Shown: positions 57,050 through 64,000 of the stretch, piece by piece
How positions within the stretch are numbered: the stretch's first letter is position 1
Layout: each line of letters begins with the position of its first letter
DNA from: a virus
Lineage: Duplodnaviria; Caudoviricetes
Reading direction: 5' to 3' (one strand)
IMG/VR virus record: IMGVR_UViG_3300038441_000626
Coordinates: 1,428 to 65,427 of that record
Length of the DNA: 64,000 nt
Notes under the pieces: generated by a model
What the model saw: only the letters and a program-made list of their open reading frames with translations
The model's database searches: none
What the model was told of the DNA's origin: nothing
Translations under genes and position numbers: made by a program

Positions 57050-57222
57050 AGTACCCAGTGCCTGAGCCTGAGTCTCTCAGGCGCCAGTTTGAACAGCTGT
57101 CTCGAGAGCTGTCTAAGGAGCTCGGTGAAGACGTTCTTCGCCGGCTCATCAAAGAGCTCGAGGATCTCAAGCAGAAGTCCGATGAGGACTGGGATGAACC
57201 TTTACTAGGGAGTGCCGAATGA
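57046..57222 (+). CDS. 58-aa coiled-coil protein (not in ORF track)
   Basis: AGGAGGT RBS; MKYPVPEPESLRRQFEQL...; ATGA coupling at both ends. Confidence 0.6.
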   Translation: MKYPVPEPESLRRQFEQLSRELSKELGEDVLRRLIKELEDLKQKSDEDWDEPLLGSAE

Positions 57223-57683
57223 AGTACCGAGTGAAAGCTGAAGTGGTTGTCGATGTGGACCCCGAGCCCGAGGACGACCTGCAAGAGCGGGCTATCCTCT
57301 CGGCGTGGGAGAACCTCTCCGATGTCATGGTGGACACGAAGGTTAACCCTGTGCTCACGGAGGAGGCGCAGGGCGATGAATTCCCGACCTTCGATGTGGA
57401 GGGTCTCTGGGGAGGTGGCCTACGGGTCAAGACGTGGAAGTTCAAGACCGAGTTCTCTCGGTCAGATGAGGCCCACGTGGTCCTCATCCGGTTGCCGAGT
57501 GAGAACGATGGACCGTTGGACTTTGTCCTGTGGTTCCACCACGAGGGCGTCGAACGGTATACGACCGCAGAGTTCTTCGACAATGCAGACGCCAACGACT
57601 CCGATGAGGATAGGGCATGCAAGTCGATGGACGAGACCATCAAGGCAACTATCGCCGAGTGGGATACAGACCTGTTCCTTTAA
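57219..57683 (+). CDS. Acidic hypothetical protein
   Basis: 154-aa coupled ORF. Confidence 0.7.
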   Translation: MKYRVKAEVVVDVDPEPEDDLQERAILSAWENLSDVMVDTKVNPVLTEEAQGDEFPTFDVEGLWGGGLRVKTWKFKTEFSRSDEAHVVLIRLPSENDGPLDFVLWFHHEGVERYTTAEFFDNADANDSDEDRACKSMDETIKATIAEWDTDLFL

Positions 57684-57997
57684 CAAGTGAGGAGAGACCC
57701 GTGACTTTCATTCGTTCAGCAAGGTTCGAGTCGGCCGCTCTGTACGTCGCCGTGGTCGGCGGCTACTGCATGGTGCAGCAGGGCGGAGTCTGTTACACAG
57801 GAGAGAGCTATCATGCTCCAAGCGTTCTTCCCCGTGAGTCGAGTCGAGAGTGCGGCACTGCTGTTCATGGAAAGCCCGTCGCAGTTCGTGGCGGTCCTCG
57901 CCGACCCCGGTAACGAGAGTCCGTACGGGATCTATCTCACGATCGTCGTGAGTCCCCGCGGTTCTGCAACCTGGCATGAGTATCAAACAATGCGGGG

Positions 57998-58026
57998 TTG
58001 ACAGTTCCGAGTCCACCTGTTATAAT
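57998..58026 (+). promoter_or_regulatory. Consensus sigma70 promoter
   Basis: TTGACA-17-TATAAT with TGn. Confidence 0.85.
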
Positions 58027-58035
58027 GGAGGTGAC

Positions 58036-58254
58036 ATGAAACGCGATACGTTGTCCAACACGATGCCACTGAACGTCACTTGCAAGTCGTGTCGCAAGGA
58101 CGTGGAGCTTAGAGTGCCGTTCGATCAGTGGACGGAATGGCAGACTGGAAAGTTCGTGCAGGATGCCTTCCCGCATCTCACGGCGGGTGAACGCGAGATG
58201 CTGATCTCGGGTCTCTGTGAGAAGTGTTTCGACAAGCTGTTTAACGACGAGTAG
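58036..58254 (+). CDS. Small zinc-ribbon protein
   Basis: CKSC...QDAFPHL..EREMLISGLCEKCFD. Confidence 0.7.
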   Translation: MKRDTLSNTMPLNVTCKSCRKDVELRVPFDQWTEWQTGKFVQDAFPHLTAGEREMLISGLCEKCFDKLFNDE

Positions 58255-58342
58255 TCGAGCCGTTGGCGACGGGGCTCATTATCCCATCCGTCGCTGAGTT
58301 ACCACTGTAGCCCTTAAATGGGCAAGAAAGGTTCCGTGAGTT

Positions 58343-58882
58343 ATGTCCAAGAACAAGGCAAAGCAGCTGCAGGCCGCCGTCTCCAAGGCCGTCGTCGAGG
58401 CGATTCCCGAGGCCGTCGTGGCTGAGGTGAAGGTCGAGAAGCCGGTCAAGGAGAAGAAGGTGAGGAAGGAACGGGTCAAGAAGCACCGGGTCATGTACCC
58501 GGGTCTCGTTCCGGACAGCGAGGGGAAGGCGACGGTGCAGCTGGTCGAGTGGCCGGCTGACTTCGATCCGGCTGTCCACGTGCGGCTGAAGCGGCGCAAC
58601 TTCACCAACGAGGCGCCGTTCCTCCTCAAGAGGGCGGAGGCCTTCGAGGCGAAGGCGAAAGCCCTCCGCGAAGAGGCGGAGCTGATCGGCAAGGCCGGTA
58701 GCAAGGAGGAGCAGAAGAACGTGAAGCGCCTCGGCAAGCTCATGAAGGACTTCACGAGCCTGCTGGGTGGAATGGGCGACGAGTTGCCGCCCGACGAAAT
58801 CGAGGCCTTCCTCGAGGCCGCGAAGGCTGCGGTCACCAAGGGTGGCAAGAAGAAGGAAGAGGAGGTGACCGAAGCCGAGTAG
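58343..58882 (+). CDS. Lys-rich hypothetical protein, paralogue of 61409-61912
   Basis: YPGLVPDSEGKATVQLVEWPADF...NFTNEAP. Confidence 0.8.
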   Translation: MSKNKAKQLQAAVSKAVVEAIPEAVVAEVKVEKPVKEKKVRKERVKKHRVMYPGLVPDSEGKATVQLVEWPADFDPAVHVRLKRRNFTNEAPFLLKRAEAFEAKAKALREEAELIGKAGSKEEQKNVKRLGKLMKDFTSLLGGMGDELPPDEIEAFLEAAKAAVTKGGKKKEEEVTEAE

Positions 58883-58901
58883 TGTGAGCGAGTGAGGTGT
58901 C

Positions 58902-58945
58902 GCCCGGCGTCGGATGTTCCGGCGCCGGGCCCTTTTGGTTCCCTT
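58902..58945 (+). terminator. GC-rich hairpin, copy 1
   Basis: GCCCGGCGTCGGA-TGT-TCCGGCGCCGGGC then CCTTTTGGTTCCCTT. Confidence 0.7.
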
Positions 58946-58961
58946 ACCTAAGGAGTTGATG

Positions 58962-59276
58962 ATGGTGAAGTCCAAGAAGGTCGCGGCGTCCAACAACAAG
59001 CCCGCCAAGGTCAAGCTCACCGCTGAGCAGCGCAAGGCGCGCATCGCCCAGCGGATGAATGACAAGGCGGACCGGTTGGCCGAAGAGTCGATGGAGCTGC
59101 GCACCAAGGCGCAGGCCCTCAACGAGTTCTCGCTGGGACAGGCGAAGGCGATCTCGAAGGCCGAGAAGGCCCTCGTCGAGTACCAGAAGAGGCGGGCGGC
59201 TGCGGAGAAGACGTTCGACGGTGAGATCCCTGATACGCTCGTCGACGTGCTGCCGTCGGTGATCCACGGCAGGTAG
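58962..59276 (+). CDS. Basic coiled-coil hypothetical protein
   Basis: AAGGAG RBS. Confidence 0.7.
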   Translation: MVKSKKVAASNNKPAKVKLTAEQRKARIAQRMNDKADRLAEESMELRTKAQALNEFSLGQAKAISKAEKALVEYQKRRAAAEKTFDGEIPDTLVDVLPSVIHGR

Positions 59277-59292
59277 GTAGTGCGTGAGGTGC

Positions 59293-59337
59293 GCCCGCCC
59301 GGGATGTTCCCGGGCGGGCCGTTTGTTGGTTCCCTTT
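59293..59337 (+). terminator. GC-rich hairpin, copy 2
   Basis: GCCCGCCCGGGA-TGT-TCCCGGGCGGGC then CGTTTGTTGGTTCCCTTT. Confidence 0.7.
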
Positions 59338-59351
59338 CTAGTTAGGAGTCC

Positions 59352-59780
59352 GTGATGTCTATGAACACTGGCTGGATGAACAAGCCCGCTGCGGAGTACC
59401 GACGCGAGGTGCACAGGCCGACGATCCACTGCGACGGCAACGAGTGGCGGATCGGCTTTGAGTATATGCATGACTCGGGCTATTCGTTCATCGTCGTCAT
59501 CAAGCACCACCTCGGTGTCGATGATAACGACGAGAACGTGAGAGTCTTCGCCATGGACATGGGTGACCGTCTGGAGGTGGTGAGCCCCCAGCAGTACGCC
59601 CAGCGGGTGCAGGACATCGTCGAGCACGAGGAGGCGACAACGCACCAGGAGGCCCGTGAATACCTCGACGACAAGCTCGTCATCATGCGTGAGGACTCGT
59701 TCTGGAAGTGTGTGAAGGACTGCCGCGACCGCTGGAACGCGATGGTCTTGTTGTTCAGCCCCAGCGTAACCCTTGGTTAA
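59352..59780 (+). CDS. Hypothetical protein
   Basis: AGGAG RBS. Confidence 0.65.
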   Translation: MMSMNTGWMNKPAAEYRREVHRPTIHCDGNEWRIGFEYMHDSGYSFIVVIKHHLGVDDNDENVRVFAMDMGDRLEVVSPQQYAQRVQDIVEHEEATTHQEAREYLDDKLVIMREDSFWKCVKDCRDRWNAMVLLFSPSVTLG

Positions 59781-59791
59781 GGAGGTGTTCC

Positions 59792-60061
59792 GTGAATCGG
59801 TACATACAGTTCAAGCTCCACTTGTCGGCCCACAAGTCGGCATACATCACTCAGGCCTGCCGTCATTTCGAGTGGCAGCTCAACGAGGGTGGCATCGACG
59901 AGGGAGAGATCCCACAGGCCACCACGCTGTGGATGACCTTCGAGGATCCCGAGGACGGCTACTGTGCTCCGACCGTAAAGCGCATCCTCGAGGCTCAGGA
60001 GCTCTTTGCTCTTAGCATCAGCGTCTCTTTCAGGAGGGCTCATAATGATCTCGATAGTTAA
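59792..60061 (+). CDS. Hypothetical protein
   Basis: AAGGAGGT RBS before GTG. Confidence 0.65.
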   Translation: MNRYIQFKLHLSAHKSAYITQACRHFEWQLNEGGIDEGEIPQATTLWMTFEDPEDGYCAPTVKRILEAQELFALSISVSFRRAHNDLDS

Positions 60062-60914
60062 GTTCACGGTGAACTCACCGACCGACACCCGAGGCGCTCG
60101 CTTCGAGGTGAAGAACGAGGACGGCATATCCACGATGGGTGTGATCTGCGAGGAAGAGAATGGCACCCGCATCGCCGTGTATCTCGGCATCTGGACCCTC
60201 TGGGTCGAGGAGGTGACCATGCGACTCCTCAGGGATCCGAGGGATCTCATCTCGATGAGCGGCCCGCAGATGAGTAACGCCTGCTGGCGGGCGCTGTGCA
60301 TGTACTTGGACCAACGGACCGGTCCGCCGAAGGAGCTACCTCCACCGGTGGAGGTGACGTTCGTGACTCCACCGCCGATCGACAAGACCACGCCCGAGGA
60401 GGCGTCGAGGCCTCTGGTGCGGTTCTTCGAGATCAACAACATGGAGCCGCCCAAGATGGTCTTCGACTCGATTCCTATGGACCCGAGGCATCTCGGGATC
60501 TACATCAAGTCGAAGAAGCAGCTGGAGGTGTACCCCTCTAGATGTAGGGGTAAGTCCGGCGGTCTTGAGGACATGAGCGTCCTCGGTGTGGCGGCGCACG
60601 AGGCGTCGCACCATGTCAATGAGCTGCTCGGGTGGAAGAAGGTGAACAATGCCTTCTGGAATGCCTGGCAGCAGGAGCCGCCTATCAGCGACTACGCCAA
60701 GACCTCCCGACCGGAGGACTTCGCGGAGGCCTGTCGGCTGTTCATTACCAACCCGGAGCTGCTGCGGTTGCTGCGGCCGTTCCGATATAAGTTCATGTCC
60801 GAGAGCCTTAAGCTCAAGCCGGTGGAGGAACGGTCTTGGGACGAAGTGATTGAGTACGACTTGGAGATGGTCTCCAAGATACAGGAGAAACTCGAAGCAA
60901 GGGGAAAGAAATGA
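60045..60914 (+). CDS. Putative zinc metallopeptidase (HExxH)
   Basis: AAHEASHH followed by SDYAKTSRPEDFAEA. Confidence 0.75.
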   Translation: MISIVKFTVNSPTDTRGARFEVKNEDGISTMGVICEEENGTRIAVYLGIWTLWVEEVTMRLLRDPRDLISMSGPQMSNACWRALCMYLDQRTGPPKELPPPVEVTFVTPPPIDKTTPEEASRPLVRFFEINNMEPPKMVFDSIPMDPRHLGIYIKSKKQLEVYPSRCRGKSGGLEDMSVLGVAAHEASHHVNELLGWKKVNNAFWNAWQQEPPISDYAKTSRPEDFAEACRLFITNPELLRLLRPFRYKFMSESLKLKPVEERSWDEVIEYDLEMVSKIQEKLEARGKK

Positions 60915-61270
60915 GTGCCTATGCTGTAGGAGAACGCGACTGCTGGAGCCGATACTATCGGTTCTACAATGTGAAGATGCGGAACCGATGGGTGAGGATG
61001 AAGCCCAAGGAACGCAAGGCGATCGCCTGGAAGGAGATCCCAAAGAACTGCCACGTCAACTACTACTCGTGGGAGATCGTGGACGATCATCCCGACGAGC
61101 GAAAGAAGATCCTGGAGATCGTCGCCAAGTACATGGACCCGGAGACGGCGATCAAGATGTTCCAGGAATTCCCGCGGCAGTGTAGCACGAACTACATCAG
61201 TGTCGTGCATCGAGCCCTGCAGGCCCACATCCGTAGTCGGAAGCCGACTGGGGTTCGAGTCGGAAAATGA
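60911..61270 (+). CDS. Hypothetical protein
   Basis: ATGA coupling. Confidence 0.65.
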   Translation: MSAYAVGERDCWSRYYRFYNVKMRNRWVRMKPKERKAIAWKEIPKNCHVNYYSWEIVDDHPDERKKILEIVAKYMDPETAIKMFQEFPRQCSTNYISVVHRALQAHIRSRKPTGVRVGK

Positions 61271-61321
61271 CCCATAAATAACCGTTGATATGACTATTCC
61301 AGAATTCCGTCAATTTGTCAG

Positions 61322-61350
61322 TGTACAAGTCAGGAGGTATCTGATATAAT
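61322..61350 (+). promoter_or_regulatory. Extended -10 promoter in AT-rich spacer
   Basis: TGTACA-17-TATAAT with TGn. Confidence 0.65.
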
Positions 61351-61408
61351 ACACTAGTTCGCGAGTTGTTCGGTGTTTCACTATTCTTCTACACAAGGAA
61401 CTACTACG

Positions 61409-61912
61409 ATGGCAATGACCGCAGAAAAGCCCGCCCCGAAAGCCGCCGCACCCGCCGCAGCCGTCTCGACGAAGCCCGGCGACCCGGCTCCGAAGGCGAA
61501 GAAGGAGAAGGTGAAGAAGGTCCCGTACCCCGCGCTCAATCCCGACGCGGAAGGGAAGTCGACCGTGAAGCTCAAGGAATGGCCGGCCGACTACAGCGAG
61601 AAGGTGCACAAGCGCCTCACGAGGAACGACTTCGAGAACGAAGCGCCGCTCCTCGAGCACCGTGCGGATTACCTGCAGGGCGTCGTCGACAAGCTCCGCA
61701 AGGAAGCCGAGGACTGCCGCACGATGGGCAGCACCAAGACGCGGAAGAACGCCAAGAAACTCCGCGGCGTCATGGAAAAGTTCGCGGAACTCGCCGCGGA
61801 CCTCCAGAGCGACGGCGTGGACATCGAAGGGATGAAGGCCGCCCTCTCGGAGAAGCTCGCCGAGATCGAGAAGATGTCGAAGGAGAAGACCGCGGCTGCG
61901 GCCTCTGCGTAA
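61409..61912 (+). CDS. Lys/Ala-rich hypothetical protein, paralogue of 58343-58882
   Basis: YPALNPDAEGKSTVKLKEWPADY...DFENEAP. Confidence 0.8.
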   Translation: MAMTAEKPAPKAAAPAAAVSTKPGDPAPKAKKEKVKKVPYPALNPDAEGKSTVKLKEWPADYSEKVHKRLTRNDFENEAPLLEHRADYLQGVVDKLRKEAEDCRTMGSTKTRKNAKKLRGVMEKFAELAADLQSDGVDIEGMKAALSEKLAEIEKMSKEKTAAAASA

Positions 61913-61929
61913 TCACTACACGTTCCCGA

Positions 61930-61966
61930 CAGCCTAGCGCCGGACCTATCCGGCGCTGGGCTGTTA
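61930..61966 (+). terminator. Hairpin after paralogue gene
   Basis: CAGCCTAGCGCCGGA-CCTA-TCCGGCGCTGGGCTG. Confidence 0.6.
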
Positions 61967-61988
61967 TCACTATCCCGAGGACCCTCAT

Positions 61989-62708
61989 ATGCCTACTTTA
62001 GATGAGGTGGAGAAAGAGATCTACTACACGGAGATGCGGGCCAAGATCGCCATCAGTGATCGGTACGATGTTACCCCTGACAGAAAGGAGAAGGAGTACC
62101 TGAGGTGTGTTACTCCCATACGGGAGAAGCTTGCTCGGTTGCGCGATCGGTACGAGAACGCTGAGGAGCATATCCTCAAGTACCGTGAGCGGATCGAGGA
62201 GCTCGGTGAAGTGGTCCGCGAGGTGAAGGATGTGAAGCGGATCAAGAAGGCTTACGATATGGTCACCAAGATAAATAAGATGGTCGGTGACAAGTCGAAG
62301 GCCGTGAACATGGCCGTGATAGCTGCTGACATTCAACAGCTCACGGTCGAGAGAGCCCACGATGCGACGTACTTGAAGAAGGGTCTGCTCTTAGAAATCG
62401 ACGAGCTCTTTAAGCTCAGAGATAATGAGGGCGCTAGGTTCTTCCGGCAAGAGGCTGAACTGTTGAAGGCACTTGCCGCCCACGACAAGGCGTGGGACGA
62501 GTACTGCGAGAACATCATAGACTACTATGGTGTTCTCGATAGGTGTTCTGTTAAGCTCGTACAGCTCAAGGCTGTGCGGGACGATCTGCGAGGTGGCCGT
62601 AAGCTACAGCAGATGCAGAACAAGATGGCCCAGATCATGGAACTCATGAAGCTCATGGGTCCTGAGATGGTCGCGAAGGCGTTGTCCAATTCCCGTAACT
62701 CTAACTAA
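61989..62708 (+). CDS. Coiled-coil hypothetical protein
   Basis: GAGGA RBS; 239 aa helical. Confidence 0.7.
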   Translation: MPTLDEVEKEIYYTEMRAKIAISDRYDVTPDRKEKEYLRCVTPIREKLARLRDRYENAEEHILKYRERIEELGEVVREVKDVKRIKKAYDMVTKINKMVGDKSKAVNMAVIAADIQQLTVERAHDATYLKKGLLLEIDELFKLRDNEGARFFRQEAELLKALAAHDKAWDEYCENIIDYYGVLDRCSVKLVQLKAVRDDLRGGRKLQQMQNKMAQIMELMKLMGPEMVAKALSNSRNSN

Positions 62709-62718
62709 GGAGATGTTC

Positions 62719-64000
62719 ATGCCCGTGCAATCCCAGTACAAGGTCTCGCACAACGAAGTGTGGTCACCGATCCCGTTCGGTCCGAACGACCACATTCACA
62801 TCAACGTGAGCGACGACCTCGAGACGATGCACCTGGTCATCTGCGGTAGCACCGTGGATCAGTTGGCCAGTTGGGTCGCCAGAACTAAGTTCCCTGAACG
62901 GTTCCCTGACAAGAGGGAGTTGAGCACAACCGGGCACGGATCACAGTGGTCTGTGCCGGTGACCGACATCTCAGTGATGCTGATCCACCGGTTGTGGCCT
63001 GCCGACCGCGTGATCTTCACCAGCGAACGGGCTCTGCAGGTGTTTAACTATCTGGTGCTGACGGCTGAGAAGCAGTCCATCGTGATGCGGAAAGCCGCTG
63101 AGTACCACGCCTATGTCCCAATGCGAGACAAGATCAGGCACCTTGCCTGTCCGACGACGCAGATCGCTGCGGCTCATATCCTCAAGAGCGGTGACCCGCT
63201 GATGCTGCATCAGAACGTGGGCCTCGAGTGCTGCTATCGCACTGAGGGCTTCGGACTGTTCATGGAACAGGGCACTGGTAAGACGCCGATCGTCATTAAG
63301 AGGATCGACCTGGAGGCTCCGATCCTCAAGGCGAAGTCGAACCGGATGTACCGTGCGCTGATCGTCGCCCCCAAGAATGTGAGGACCAACTGGGCCTATG
63401 AGGTCGAACGGTTCTCGACTGTGCCTGGTGCTTGCACGGTGCTGCGTGGCGGTCAGATGAAGCGCATCAAGAAACTCATGGAGGCGCTGGCGCTCAAACA
63501 GGTACCCGATCAGCAGTACACCATGGTCGTGGTGTCCTACGAGGGCTTGGTGCAATCGTGGGACGTGATCTCGAAAATCGAATGGGACCTCGGTGTTCTC
63601 GACGAGGCCCATTACATCAAGAGCCCGAGCACGAAGCGTGGCAAACACGCCTTGAAGCTCAGGGAGATGTGTAGCCAGAGGATGGCGCTGACGGGCACAC
63701 CGGTGTGCAACTCGCCGATGGACCTGTACATGATCCTCGAATGGCTGCGAAAGGGTGGTAGCGGCTTCAAGAGCTTCGACGCCTTCCGTGCCTTCTACGG
63801 CGTGTACCAGATGTCGGGTGAGGGTCGCGGTGTGCGACGCCTGGTGTCGATACAGAACCTGCCGTTCATGCACGAGAGGCTTGCTTCGATGTCCTTCATC
63901 GTCAGAAAGGAGGAAGCGTTACCGGATCTTCCCGAGAAGGTGTACGACATCTGCGATGTTGAAATGAGCCCCGAGCAGGAGAAGATGTACGAGGCCTTGC
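62719..64000 (+). CDS. SNF2-family helicase (3'-truncated by window; not in ORF track)
   Basis: AAGGAG RBS; LFMEQGTGKT, LIVAP, LDEAHYIK, ALTGTP read from the + frame starting 62719. Confidence 0.9.
   Translation, partial: MPVQSQYKVSHNEVWSPIPFGPNDHIHINVSDDLETMHLVICGSTVDQLASWVARTKFPERFPDKRELSTTGHGSQWSVPVTDISVMLIHRLWPADRVIFTSERALQVFNYLVLTAEKQSIVMRKAAEYHAYVPMRDKIRHLACPTTQIAAAHILKSGDPLMLHQNVGLECCYRTEGFGLFMEQGTGKTPIVIKRIDLEAPILKAKSNRMYRALIVAPKNVRTNWAYEVERFSTVPGACTVLRGGQMKRIKKLMEALALKQVPDQQYTMVVVSYEGLVQSWDVISKIEWDLGVLDEAHYIKSPSTKRGKHALKLREMCSQRMALTGTPVCNSPMDLYMILEWLRKGGSGFKSFDAFRAFYGVYQMSGEGRGVRRLVSIQNLPFMHERLASMSFIVRKEEALPDLPEKVYDICDVEMSPEQEKMYEAL

Noticed and set aside
57617-58001. Two overlapping short + strand ORFs (57701-57913, 57813-58001)
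   Set aside because: Could not decide which, if either, is real; left unannotated.
58241-61228. Long minus-strand ORFs (58241-59122, 58944-59645, 59777-60454, 60336-61043)
   Set aside because: Antisense to RBS-bearing + strand genes with high GC3; no motifs.
62971-63873. 300-aa minus-strand ORF
   Set aside because: Antisense shadow of the SNF2 helicase, which has clear motifs on the + strand.
1-64000. Integrase, transposase or repressor implied by Mu-like head genes
   Set aside because: No recombinase or transposase motifs recognised; the phage has its own polymerase and helicase; lifestyle cannot be determined from this window.

Overview
The window is a 64-kb segment of a tailed dsDNA phage (siphovirus-like, Mu-type head genes). 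All credible genes are on the + strand, and the genes at both edges are cut off. Order: very large basic modular proteins flanking the terminase large subunit (1-12.4 kb); portal; a membrane/papain-protease cassette with no recognisable endolysin; beta-helix fibre proteins; head, neck and tail genes with a classical -1 frameshifted chaperone; a Cys/Thr-rich mucin-like protein followed by a glycosyltransferase/methyltransferase/radical-SAM cluster; replication and cytosine-modification genes (primase-MCM fusion, MazG-like enzyme, atypical C5-MTase, dCMP-type thymidylate synthase homologue, dNMP kinase, intein-containing PolA); an AT-rich control region; a ~500-nt structured non-coding region; small early genes; and a truncated SNF2 helicase. 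Best candidates for new biology: (1) four polyproteins punctuated by an x-[F/M]-[G/A/S/D/E] motif that also recurs in the prohead protease/scaffold, suggesting capsid cargo cut into many small effectors, including three ADP-ribosyltransferases and an HU/IHF domain; (2) a ppGalNAc-T-like glycosyltransferase next to a mucin-like virion protein; (3) a dual cytosine-modification pathway; (4) a large structured RNA. A Planctomycetota host is inferred, not shown. All family calls are from motif recognition by eye; no searches were run.
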